A DNA stretch of 64,000 nt, from NCBI GenBank assembly GCA_036172245.1, contig JAYWIR010000016.1, positions 2,046,001-2,110,000 of the forward strand, read 5' to 3'. Source of the DNA: Raillietiella orientalis. Lineage: Eukaryota. The notes under the pieces are model-generated. The model was not told the DNA's origin and did not search any database. It saw only the letters and a program-made list of their open reading frames with translations. A program made the translations under genes and the position numbers. Positions 39,401-52,130 of this stretch are shown in pieces. Every line of letters begins with the position of its first letter. The stretch's first letter is position 1.

Positions 39401-40427
39401 AAATTAATGCTAAGTTTGAAAACATGTAATAAATACAATAACATTATTTAAAACACTTGGAAAATAAGAAACGAAAAAAAAAATGGCTACCTCTTGAACC
39501 ATATTTTTGATCAGTGCATTAGCTGTTTGCAGATCACAAGGATGCTTACTTTGTAACAGTTTTTTAAGAAGACGGATTTTGTCACTTTCAAACATGGGTA
39601 CACTACTTTTGAAAAATGCACTTTGTGAACTCTGCCTGTGAGCCTGGCTTACATACACAGGATCTTCCTAAATGGAAACGGTGTTTACACAGGAGAATAA
39701 ATAAAAAAGTAAATAATAATATGATACTCTGACAATCCAAAAAGCTGGTTATTGAACACATTTTTACAATACATAATAAATGAAGTTTTTTGAAATACAT
39801 TTTGTACTACTAACATCAATGGACAATTTGCACAAATATTCAGCAAGATCAAGATTTCATAAATGTAGTGACAGTCACCTTTATTAATCGTTGATGCTTC
39901 AACATATCATATATCATTTTTATTTTTGGTTCATCAGGAAATTCCTTACTCCATACATAGAGAAGGTGGATTATTTTGAGCTTAATGGGTGCTAACACAT
40001 AATTACCCAAATATTTGGATGAGACTAATTTAATCAATTCGTTCAAAAATCGAAATTTCGCTATTTCATCTTGCAATTTGATTCCACAATAATACACGCA
40101 AGAATCCAAAACCTTGAATCAACACCAATTAAGACCTTAACACAGACCCAAGTATTGATCTGATATACGAATAGGCATAAAAATGAACCTTTAATGCATG
40201 TAAGGCTTCAGATTCGTCTGATGTTTGTAATTTTTTGGCCAAATACTTGGTAAGCACTTGAGGAGCATCACTTTCTATAGCACAACAATCACTGATTTTA
40301 CGATACAGCTCCTTCTGAGTGTCAGTTGGTAAATCGCTGGAACCTGGAACAAATCCAAGAAAAATTCGGCTCGTGAGACAACGTGTATACCTAAAAGATC
40401 ATCCAAATACTTGACAACATTTGCCAT
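33414..40427 (-). CDS. GGA: ADP-ribosylation factor-binding protein GGA (VHS-GAT-hinge-GAE)
   Basis: Exons 40427-40391, 40343-40189, 40112-39879, 39667-39491, 36544-36325, 36275-36111, 35260-34981, 34150-33960, 33902-33739, 33684-33574 and 33497-33414. Motifs: VHS EIAKFRFLNELIKLVSSKYLG, GAT LLQSKHPCDLQTANALIKNMVQE, GAE VPK...ELPAFSPFLPPPTVNQILLIENP. Hinge exons are less certain. A minus-strand AATAAA lies at 33310-33315. Confidence 0.9.
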
Positions 40428-40429
40428 TC

Positions 40430-40780
40430 CTGGTTTTCGGCTTCCAGAACACGACACGGACACAAGACGATGGTACCGCCATCGAGAACGAAAATCCAAG
40501 AACCGACTTTTCAGAGTACGTGAAATTCGTGGGATGACCCCGGAGAATTCCACACTTCACATCGATTTACACCTTGACCCCAGCCAAAGGGCCGGGAAGC
40601 CACTCACGGAACCAAACTTTTTAAACCCAGATGACCAAAAGGGGAATAATGCTGCTTCGACACATTCAGCTTGTAAGGGAAAATAGTATATGTAAAGGCC
40701 AATCTGCTCAAGAAGACGAATTCGTATACATTACATAAGTATTACAGCTACTGCCGACGTGATTTGCTAGTATGTGTCCA
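40430..40780. promoter_or_regulatory. Probable promoter region of GGA, possibly shared with divergent PCID2
   Basis: A locally GC/CpG-richer patch in very AT-rich DNA, just upstream of the GGA ATG and between two head-to-head genes. Confidence 0.4.
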
Positions 40781-42351
40781 GCAGTTTCAATAAAGTTATA
40801 AATGTGATTCAAATTTTACTTCATTTAGGATGAAATATTTCACTGCTTATCATTTGAAAATAATTTCCTTAAACTCTAGAGACCAAAAGTGTTTTGGTTT
40901 ATAAAATCACGCCTCCTTGGGAAAATGACTGCTATTCCATAAGTACTTGTCCTCTAATCATGAAATTTCTCCTTAATTCTCACAAGCTAGTGTATCCATG
41001 TTTACGATGTGCATTATGTAGTTATTAATGAGCAAAATCATATTCAGTATGCACTGATAGTTTACAATAATAAATGAAAAATAAACCGACTGATCTCATT
41101 ACATATGTGTAATGTAAGGCTTGAATGCTTTGAGGCATGTAAGTCACTCCTTCTGTATATCTTATATTCTTGTCAGGTAGCCTACAGATGTTCGTCACTA
41201 CACTGCAATTCGAAAGTCTTCGGAAGTTTTCTTAGCGAAACACTAATACGTAGCATTACTGAAATATTTCTTAGACTTTTTGGCGAAGAGAAAAACTTCA
41301 TGTAGACTGTACTAAATTCTTCAGAGTATTCGTAAACTTCCACAAAAACATAAGCACTCTTTGGGAGTTCTTTTCTATAATAATGAAGAATCATCTTGAT
41401 ATCCCTAATAGTAGAAGTATAGAAATATCATACTCGTATGGCATATCCCAGATGAATAACAAATCCAATGAAAAAATTGACATTTTATTCGCTACTGATC
41501 ATTAAATCCAATAGGTATTAGAAAGTTTTTTTTTTATCATGGAAAATGAATTTGCAGCTTTTACAAGAAAACGAAAGAAATATGTTGTATATTCTTGTTC
41601 ACATCCAAAAGTGCATTTATTGCTACTTAAAAAATGCTATGTAAGTTTGTCCTTATGAAAACATTGTTAAAAAAAAGAGTAAGGTATAAATCAAAATTGT
41701 ACATCAGACATGGATCAGAAGGATTCACTGATGAATTTAAAGGTAAAATCGGTAGCTGAAACTAAGAAGTTGAATTCTTTTTCCTTCTATTTTCATTGTT
41801 ACCGACAATTTGTGAGCTCTGTCGCTTATATTCATATCTGAAGTTCCAAGGATTGGGAAAAGAGTGAAAGGAATGCTGTCGTGTTGACATTCACCATTCT
41901 ACAGAATTTGAAGTTCTCGGTATGATCAGATGTATTTCTCAGATGGATCATAAGTAAGAATGAATGAGCATGCTGCCTGTTGCCAAACTTGTGCAAGTAT
42001 AAGTAGTAGGTATAATAAATAGATGATAGAAATTCAGTGATGAATGCGGTATGCTTGGGTCTCGCGTTTTGAAAGTCTTTGGAACACTTGAGGAGTTTAT
42101 GCATGGGTTTGTGATTTGACATGAGTGAACCAGCTTTTAAGCGCTTGAAAGCATAAGAAGGAACCATATGGCTTACACAGCACACCACAATTAATGCATT
42201 TCTGTGATTTATTCAGATATTTTGAGTGCAGTGGTAATAAGGAAGTCATACTGCTTAAATCAAGATATTAATTAATGGACTTTTTATATTACATTTGAGA
42301 ATTGGTTATTCCAATTTTGCCTACAACAATAGAAAACTATTTAGTCTAGAT

Positions 42352-45300
42352 ATGGGAACGGATGCTTTTACAATTCATCAGTATTTGCAAATGGTAAGTG
42401 CCTGGATGGTGTTTTATATTAGCTGTTAAGACTTATTTTTAGCTGGAGAATGCCATTCAAGCAAGAAACGGAACGGAGACATCGGTTTGTGTGTTCTAAT
42501 ATCGGGGTGCTCTGTACTAACGTTTTTTTTTACAGGTCTTATTATCGTTTAAAGATCCACATGTGAGAAGTCAGAATTTGCAGCTCGAAAACCCCGAGTC
42601 CATTGTACAGAAGTTCATTGAACCTCCGTTTGTTGACATAGTTGCTGCACATTTAAGGTGTTAAGGTTAATATTATCTATATTTGTAAAGGATGCTTTAA
42701 TTTCTTCCATTTTTAATACGCTGATGTTGAATAAATTAAGGAAACTAACGTGTATGCCTAGAATGCAAATTAATATACCAATTTAATGTATGTTTGATGT
42801 AAGAAACTGTTTCTCGGTTTGTATGCATGAACATAATTTTTTACAGACAGTTAGCATTCTAGCATTAATTTTTTAAAATTCATCCTTTGTAAGTCTACTT
42901 ATTTGAGTCTAGTTCACAGTATTTCAAGCCATTGGAAATTATGGTTAAAATCTTGAAACAATTGTTCTTTATGATCATAGGGATGCGGATCAATGTACAC
43001 TGCGTAATTATTGTTCCACATTAGGTTGATTCGTCTTTGAATAATGATAATTGCCATATGTCAAAAAAGAAAAATTCATTTCTAGTTTCACTTGTTGAAA
43101 CTAGAAATGAACATGTTTAACATTTAGAATTTGAACCTTCATATTCTCTGTAATTTTCATTCAATGAAAGAAGTAAATCATGTGTTAAAACAAGGTGATG
43201 GTAATGATCAAGTTGGGAACCTAGTTGATCAAGTTTGATACAACACATTATTTGTTTTCCACTCGTTTTTCTAGTGAATTTTATTTTATTTTATAGTCCG
43301 CTTTTCAGTATGCCAAAACAATGTTTGAGTTTGATGTAGTTCTGCCAAATTCAAGTGTAAAATAATCATGTTTCCAGAAAATTATTAACCTATTATCGCA
43401 AATGTCTTATGCTATACCAATTTAGATCATTTGATTTGCAGTTCAGCATTTTTTTCTTAAATGTACCAAAAGGTATTTCCGATGTAAAAGTAATCTCTAC
43501 TTTTAATGTGAGGTATAGTGCTACTTGAAAAGGGTAATTTTACATGTACATATAGTGCCAATCAAAGCCAGAGGATGTCTTAGATTAATTCGTAGGTGGG
43601 TGCTTCTTGGGGATGAAAAAACTGGATGAATTGCAGCTTAGTATGTGTGTCTTTGAGTATGTATTTGAGAATACAGAATTTATACAAGATTATACAGAGA
43701 TAGTATATATATTTTATGGTATAATATGAGTATATATATAACACAAAAACCGATCTGGAATTGACAACTCTTCTTTACATTCTCTTTTGAACCATTGTAA
43801 GTCGTACTGACTGTCAAGTATTGTTGAATCACTTTGATATTTAAAAGTGTAAGATTGAGATGAAACTTGATCTACTCAAGGGCAGAATTAGTCTAACGAG
43901 CTGAAAATTTAAACTCTCACTTCATTGGAATTTTTTGAAAAGTTCCCATTAAAAGATGGATTAAAAGATGATTGCATCATTATCTCAATTTTTATTGTGA
44001 TTTGTCTGTTGTAAAAAGTAATGATCTTTGTTTTCATCTTGATTCTAGTTGTCTTTATTTCATAGGCATTGCTTATATTTAGTTTGTTTTGGATGCTTTG
44101 TTATTTCTCTGTAAGAAGTTCAGAAATTGTGCTTTGTCACTGTTCAGTGCAGTTGAAAAGAAGACTGCTTTTGATTAAAGATTGTAGTAGGCAGGAATGA
44201 TAAAAAAAAAAAAGAAAGAAAGAAAGAAATTGAGAAATTAAAAGAAAATACTGCTAGAATTTAAGAATTTTATATTGGGTGGATACTAGGAAACTTTATG
44301 TATGCATGCACATCATTTTGAGTTTCAAAGATTGTGCTTTTGTAGTTTGGATAGTTCTCTGATTGAGTATAATACATATTCTAAATAACAATCTCATGCT
44401 TAACTTCGGAAATCGATTTTTGGAGGAGAAAAAAATGTATTTTATATATTTTGTAGGGACACTGCAACCAGACTTGCAAACGTCACAACTCCATTAGTGG
44501 TGCTGATTATTTATTGTTATTATTATGTTAATCATTGTTTTCTTTGCTGGAATTAAGGATTCAAATGAAACTAATTACCAAGATTCTAAGACCGTTGTCA
44601 GCTGCAAATGATGTAAGAGATATTCAGTTGTAGCATAACTGTGCTGCGTTATTTTTCCCAAACTTTATATTAATTGAAAGGATTAATGCATTGACATGGG
44701 CATGAGTAATTAGAAAATTAGAAACTGCTATGTATAATTTCTTTTGCCTCGTAGAAAATTGCTATTTAGATGCTATTGAATACATTTAAGTGTTGATAGA
44801 TCTGGTTGTTCCAGCAAAAGCGATGAGTATACATACCATTTTAAATTAGTGTACATAATTTTATTTCCTGCCAACAAGTTGCTCTTAGATTTCAAGAGAA
44901 GATGTTGGTAATTATGTGTTTTTTACTTTTTCTCTAAATGTTGAAACAATGGGGATATTTGTTACCCACTTTTGTTTCAGCTTGTCCGGATTTTATTTGA
45001 AGGATTTAAGGTTTTGGAGTTATCTAAATATTCACGTTATTGGAACGTTCCAACAGGAAATTTCTGTAGTCATTATTTGGGGAAAAATTGGCAATGAAAA
45101 ATGTATGAACATTTGCTTGACTGATACCTTTGTATCAATGGAAATCGAAAATTAAAGTTTAGTTTTGCATAGCAGTTTACGTATTGTGATTACTTCTTCT
45201 CGGTGTATTTATTTATTTCAATTCATATTATGGTGCAGAAGTATTTATGCCTAGTATTAAGTTAATTATTCAGATTGTAATTTCTAGAAATTTTCTCTCC

Positions 45301-48300
45301 ATTTGTTTACTGTTTACTTCAATTTGGGCGAATTTTATTCTAATGCCCGTTTGTGTTTTGCTCTTATTTCGCCGATTTTATTTCCAATTTTGTACCATTT
45401 TCACCTTGAGCACCCTTTTGAGTGTGTGCATGTGCTTCATGATTTGAATCAATGGTTGGTGTAAATTATTCTAAGTCCTTTGGAAATAAATCGTACTTAC
45501 GCCCTTTTAGTTCATCCCCAAACTGTAATATTTCATGTTTACTTGTGATGATCCATTTATTAATTCATTCTTTATGCTACATTATAACATTTGTCTGCCG
45601 TATTTCATTTTATAAATCTATGGAATATTTTTAGTATTAGGGATTTCACATTTTATAATTGTTCAGAATATGCTACAAATGGTGTTTTTACTAGGTTTCC
45701 GTAGTAATGTCACATATAACTCGCATTTTACTTTGAAATCATACGATTCGTCGAAAATTGGATGTAAATTCATCATATTTCAGAATTATTAACTATGCAT
45801 CGTAAATTTCATGACAAGTCTGTGTATTGGATATCTCAGTTTCTGTCTTGATCAGATGTGAGTCCTTGTTTTACTAGTAAATATGATTTTGCTTCAGATG
45901 CTTACAAAGGGAACTAAAGTTATGTTAATCTTCGTAGTTTCAGGTGTTCTCTTTAGTCAGTAGTCTCAGTTGGATTTCAGAGTGCACTTCTTGCAGCTTA
46001 GTGTTACAGTTTGTTTTTCTAGAATTCCAATATGACATTTATCCTTGAAAAATTATTATCTCATAGTGGTAATTAAAAGATCTATATTATCAAAGCATAA
46101 GGGAGAATAATTTGTTTTTAATGCAGAAAATGATTAATAATTTTATGAAGCATGTTCTTTAAAGGAACATGTAATGGATGAGTTTTAATTAATGCATGCA
46201 TGCCTGCCCAAGGTTTAGTGGGTGATGAATTGGTGAATTAATTTGGCGCATCATAACTTTTGCTTATTTAATAGCAAAAAGTACACTCCAAGTGAAAAAG
46301 AAATGTGCCTAGGAGATCACAAAAATTATTAAAAGAATTGATGCTTTGGTTTCAAAAGAAATTTTCGATCTTTTCTGACTTTACATTTCTATAAATGTAA
46401 TGCGAAATTTCTAATTGGAGGCATTATTGTCTGACAAAGATTTTTATCTAAGTGGTTATCAAACATTCAATTTGAAGGGCATATGAAGTCTTTCTAGAGT
46501 TGTTAATACTTAAATGCACCAAGATAAAAAAAAAACAATTGGATCACCAAAAGATATTATGCTCTGCAAATGCAAAAGAAAGTTCTTTCTCTGTGAATGA
46601 AATTTGTAATCAATTTATTGGAAGTAAGTGTTTTGCATGTGATGCCTTATTCATCAGTTCGTATGCATGTTTGAATTTTGTTGTGTTACATTTCTGGTCA
46701 TTCATTTACAAGACACCTTTGTTCATTGTGGCTGAAATGATAGCATGTCCGTTATTTTTTAAATTCCTTGAATGCCGATCTGAATTATAAATAAAAATTC
46801 TGTCAATTCCTGGAGACAAATAATTGCTAGTACATTTAAGTTAATATTAATTAGGGGTAGTTCATTCAATACACTGGGTTAATTTGGTTCCAGTTTCTGT
46901 GGGTAAAATATAAAGTTTAATCAAAGATTAGAATCTCCTTTATGTTTTTTTTTTTTTTTCTCCAATAGATGAAGCCTATAGCCTCCATAATAGAGAAGGC
47001 TTTTTAAAAGAAGAAAAGCAATCCAATCTGTTTTATTTCGAAGAGTGTACTCTTGTTAATTTCAGGCTAACAACTCTTACATCATAATGTCATATGAATA
47101 TTCATTGAACCAACTTCATTAGATTTAATTGTCTTGAATTAGTAAAATTTTATGAATATCATAGTGCTTGGCTTAATTGTGCAAAGGTGAATGATGACAT
47201 TTGTAATCATAGATGTTGTTGGGCAGTACAGCAACAGGATTTTGTGAAATCATATCAGTATCAGGCTACATTGGTGCAGTCGTTTTTGAAAGTTTTCCAA
47301 GCTCAGAAAGAAGAGAATTGGGCACTCCCACTTTTGTACAAAATCACTGTCGATTTAAGAATTTTAGCAGCTAGTGCTGATGCACAGCTGACAAAACTGG
47401 GTAAAGGAAAACCATCTGAAGTTTTGGAAAAAGCTGCAGACATTCTGATGAGCTGTTTCCGTATTTGTGCAGCTGACAAGTAATTATGCATTTATTCCTA
47501 TAAATTAGCAATTCTTCCTCAGTCGATCTTCTGATGATGATACAAAAAGATGGGGTATGCTGAACTTGGTTAATCAGTTATTCAAAATTTACTTTAAAAT
47601 TAACAAATTGCACCTTTGCAAACCCTTGATACGGGCTATTCAGTCATCACCCCTTAAGGAACATTTCAGTTTGAGTCAGAAGGTTACATACCGTTACTAT
47701 GTGGGTAGAAAGGCAATGTTTGACAGTGATTTTAAAAGTGGTAAGATCATCAGAATAGAAAAAAAATTTTTTATGAACATCCCATATGTTTAGCTGAAGA
47801 ATATCTATCTTATGCATTTAGACATTGTCACAAGAAAGCAAGAGTTAACAAAAAGTTGATACTGTTATACTTAATCCCAGTGAAAATGCTGCTGGTGAGT
47901 TTTTAATGAGTGTTGAGAAAATAATTCGTTTATGTATGGTTTTCAGGGCTATATGCCAAAAGAAGCACTCTTGCATAAGTATGACTTGTTGCAGTTTTTA
48001 GAAGTAGTCCAATCAGTAAAGCAAGGAAATCTTCTCAGATTAAATAAAGCCATGGAAAAAAACGAAACCTTCTTCATTGGGTGTGGAATCTATTTGATCT
48101 TGGAGAAACTGAAAATCATCACATACAGGACTTTGTTCAAGAAAGTGTAAGAATTTAAATTTAAATATTTGTTTTCACACCTATTGTTATAGTTGTATCT
48201 TGATGAAAATTCACCAAATACCAGTAGCTGCTTTCCTAGTTGCTTTGAAAATAATGCAAATACCTGATATTGATCAAGAGGAGACTAACTGTATTCTAGC

Positions 48301-48412
48301 TAATTTAATTTTTGAAGGAAAGATTAAGGGCTACATTTCATATCAACATCAAAAACTAGTTATTAGTAAGCAGAATGCGTTTCCTCCATTGTCTAGTAGC
48401 AGTGCAGCTTAA
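42352..48412 (+). CDS. PCID2: PCI domain-containing protein 2 (TREX-2 subunit)
   Basis: Exons 42352-42393, 42443-42484, 42536-42657, 47213-47479, 47523-47740, 47794-47894, 47947-48146 and 48193-48412. Motifs: [91 protein letters not shown] occurs at 48438 and 48448. Confidence 0.96.
43075..43111. repeat. Perfect 16-bp inverted repeat with 5-nt loop in the large PCID2 intron
   Basis: ttcatttctagtttca-cttgt-tgaaactagaaatgaa. Confidence 0.9.
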
Positions 48413-48700
48413 CAAAACTTGCAGCATGCACAGTTGAAATAAATAACAATAAAGTTCTGCAATATTGGAACTTGTATGCCCAGATTTCTTAAATGAGATA
48501 TAATGGATTTGCTGCCCTTCATTATCATGGAGCTGCGTGTTTTGCATAGTGGTTTTTAAAATACTTTATGCAAAACGCAATGCACGAAGTTGTAACCACA
48601 TTTAAGGAAATTAGATCTGTTGAGAAAAATTTTAAGGAAACACAAGACGTGGACTTTATTCAGAAACGATCTGCGAAGGAAATGTATCAAGAATCTTTAA

Positions 48701-50093
48701 CCTGTTGAGCCAGTAACTTTTTTTCCAAAGTCCACCTGTGGGTGAGTGATAGAAATTGGCGAAAACGAAGATACGTCAAACGCACAGCAAATGTATCTAT
48801 TGTGAACTTCAAAGAAAAAACATTAATCATAATAACTTCGTTATTGTACAGAAAATAAGAAACTTTATACATAAGCAAAATAAAAAATCTCAAAGGAAAT
48901 TCAATCTGATTTCGCAGCATGACATGTTTCAAAGCAAGGTGCGACACAAAGAGGCACCTCCCAGGTTAACACCGCCAACATGGTGTTTCCTTACGAATGC
49001 CATTTTCTGAACACGCAATACATTTTCGCGGTGCATTAGTTTTTGATGGTGTAGGTGGTATAGAATTCGGATAATGTTCTCCGATGAGACGTGCAGGCCT
49101 GGCAGTCGTAGCTGGTCGACCAGCTGCCACACAGTTTCTTGAGTTGAGGATTCCTCAATAATTTGTTCCATACTCTCGAGCCAAAATTCAATCGATTGGA
49201 TTTTCCACTGTTTTTTCTTTATATAATAAATGTGAATTCAAGCAAATGACATCCAAAAGATGAGGAAATATCTTTTTGTAATACTTTAACCTCTTTCTTG
49301 CCCGCGTATATGCAGCATTTATACCATCGCTTCTGCTTACTTGGCCCATTTTTTTTCCATAGCCAAAAGCCACTTCAAGCTTTGTTTTTATAACACCTCG
49401 TTTCTCAGTTTCCATTGTATTGGCGCCATGTATTGTACTGAGGAACTGTGCATCCCTTTTCTCCCGCCACTTCAATAAAATTATTTTGTTATATCTTGCA
49501 ATGTACTGTCCTTTGGAAAGGTTGTTTTTATATCTTCAGGAATAACAAGTCTCTGCTGTCGCCAATAATGTCCGTCTTACAAGTACACAGTTTCTGTGCG
49601 AGTTCTATACTTGTATAGCAGTTATCCAAATGGAATTTATATCCCTGGTCTAATAGGTCTTGAGAAAGTTCAAGAACGATGTGAGTCGCGGTCTTATACG
49701 GAGGATAATTTTGACAATATTCTGTATTCTTGCCAATTATTATTTTCCTCAATTAAAGCTTCAATTGACCCAGCATGTAAAAAGCATGTAAACAAACCCA
49801 GTGTGTACAAAGAAAAAAAAAGAAGACTTCTTTGTTTGGTTGGCGTACCTTGCATCACTTCAAAAATGCTTTGATAAAAAATTAGTAAGGTGAAGTGCAC
49901 ATGGCAGTCCTGATCAGAATATAAGTAAAATACACAAATATATGGGAACTGTTTTAACTTTTTACGAAAATTTCGTATTTTGATAGCAAAACGTATTTTT
50001 TCTTTTTCTTTTCCACACCGCGTAAATATTTGCCAAAAGCACCACAATGGCGCCTCTGCAAAACCTATACACACGTCAAACTCGCTTAACGGG
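48701..50093 (-). mobile_element. Internally deleted, frameshifted piggyBac (PGBD4-like) DNA transposon
   Basis: Transposase fragments: LLDQGYKFHLDNCYTSIELA, KWREKRDAQFLSTIH, YGKKMGQVSRSD, KYYKKIFPHLLD..LNSHLLY and a Cys-rich tail. Ends are TTAA|CCTGTTGAGC (48697-48710) and GCTTAACGGG|CTAA (50084-50097), i.e. a degenerate TIR and TTAA target site. Confidence 0.85.
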
Positions 50094-51549
50094 CTAAAAT
50101 TAAGTTTCCAACTAATAAAATTTGCACACTGTTCTCAAAAAAGCCTAGGAAAACGAAGATAAATTTCCACAGCCTCAGGTGGCTCGCAAATTTTCGTAAC
50201 TATGCTGATATAGAAAGATCGTTTCGGATTATGAAGTAAATGAATTCTGTTTTTCCCTATCGAAACACTTCGAAAACACGCCCGATTCATATCTGGTATC
50301 ATTGGATCTCACGCTACGCTGCTTCTCACACAACTATTCTTTTTTCATTCGGCCCCCCATGGTTTTCATGCAGAACGAAATAAAAGTCAAGAAATGCATG
50401 TGAAATTTTTCTTATACGGGAAGGTCTTGGTTTTCAAAGAAAGTAAGCGTTCGTTCGGAAAAAAAATGTTTTCGGCACTCCTAGTTTTTCATATCTTAGG
50501 TGTGTATTTCAATAAATACCTTTCTTTACACTTGTGAATACGCTGGCAAGATCTTTTTCATACTTTCTAAATGTAAGTTGCAACTCGGTTTCCTCAAACT
50601 GAGGAAAAAAGCACTCAGACTTTTAACAAATGTATGGAGTCGGTCAGCAGGTCAACTACACTCTCAGAAAATTTAAAACAGTACTTCACACATAAATCAG
50701 AAGTGTGCTCGAAATACAGCATCTATCCTTGAAAATAATATGCTCACTAAATTTAGCAATTTGCTTTTTTCCAGTTCTCAGAAGTTGTGGGTGGTTGCTT
50801 CAGATTTCCTTGTGGTGTAAAAGAGTTTCCCCTGCCAGTTTAAATTTATGATATCTCATGATAACAAATTTATTCTATATTTTTGCCGTCTTTATTTTTG
50901 TTTCAGATCGTAAGGACTACTGCCTGTTTTCACATATGTGAATATGTTTCAAAGTATCTTTATAGTTGAGAGATGCGTTTTTATTACATGTATGCTATGT
51001 AATACTCCATGAATTTGAAGGAAGGGGGGGGGGGGGTGAGGAAGAGCTGTCCAGTGAGAATAAAATTTTTGACAACCTACTAGTTTAGATCCATGGGTTG
51101 TGCGTGTTTTCATTTCACTATGAATTTCTAATGGAATTTTCAATACATGGAAAAGCTGAGCAAAGGGCGTCGCTGTAGGAGAGCATACAATTTTGGAGGA
51201 TAAGCGGCCAGTCTTTGGACCGGTGACCGACAAGTTGCTGTGACGTGGTCAGCCGGAAGGTTCACCAGAGGGAAAATGTTGTGAACTTTTACTCTTAGGA
51301 ATAACTGCCCCGGAAAATCCGGGTGAGAAGGAGGATAAGCGGTACTTGTGCAAAATTATCGGTTTCACTTTCAGTTGGCAAAGATCGTCGAATAGAGAAT
51401 GCACTTGGGCATTTGAAAATTTTGCTTCTAAGCAGTAAACACCTTCGCCAAGTTATAGTATTTACCTATGATTTATATTGAAGATCGGATGTTTAAGCAA
51501 CGACACTATCTACGAGCAGAAAATTTTCTAATGCATCTTTCATGTTAAA

Positions 51550-52130
51550 ATTTGCCTCGTGGCAAGTTTTTCTCTTTCATGTGATTCAAACAAGACCATC
51601 CGTCTTATTCGATTCCTGCGTCGGAAAGAACGTGTGGTCATCGAAGCAGTCTTGCTGTTTTGTGCACTTGATTTAGTATGCCTTAATACATTTGTATTAA
51701 GTGTGTGTGATTCCCTTTCTAGACGTAACGTTGAAAGGAACTCCGGTGTCTGCCTGAGTTGACTGAGAGCACATTTTCTGCCAGACCAAACTTCACAGAA
51801 GCCTGAGATGAAGTGGTGATTTTCAGAACGAAGTTTCTCCGCATATATCACAAAGGAGACAAAAACACACATGTACACAGATATATTTGGACCACATGGT
51901 TCTGTATTTTCCAAACATCATGTTAAAACGTTGTTGGGTTTGAAGCACGAATTTATCATCATCAGGAGTACTGATAAGTGGTTTCTTCTTCTTCAGGCTA
52001 CGGTAAAGCCAATCCCCTACGTATTTTTTGGGAAAGCTCATGCAACGTTCTATGATGCAGCTTTATCTTCGTACAAAAATTTGCGTAGATGAATCACATG
52101 CCATTTCATCCAAAATTACTGCTGAAAACC
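51550..52130 (-). mobile_element. Decayed Mutator-like (MULE) transposase relic
   Basis: DDDKFVLQTQQRFNMMFGKY...IC resembles the F.L.IQT..Q..ML.KFG..ICID block, followed by HFISGFCEVW.G...L resembling FYNAW..V.G..RLLC. Confidence 0.35.
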
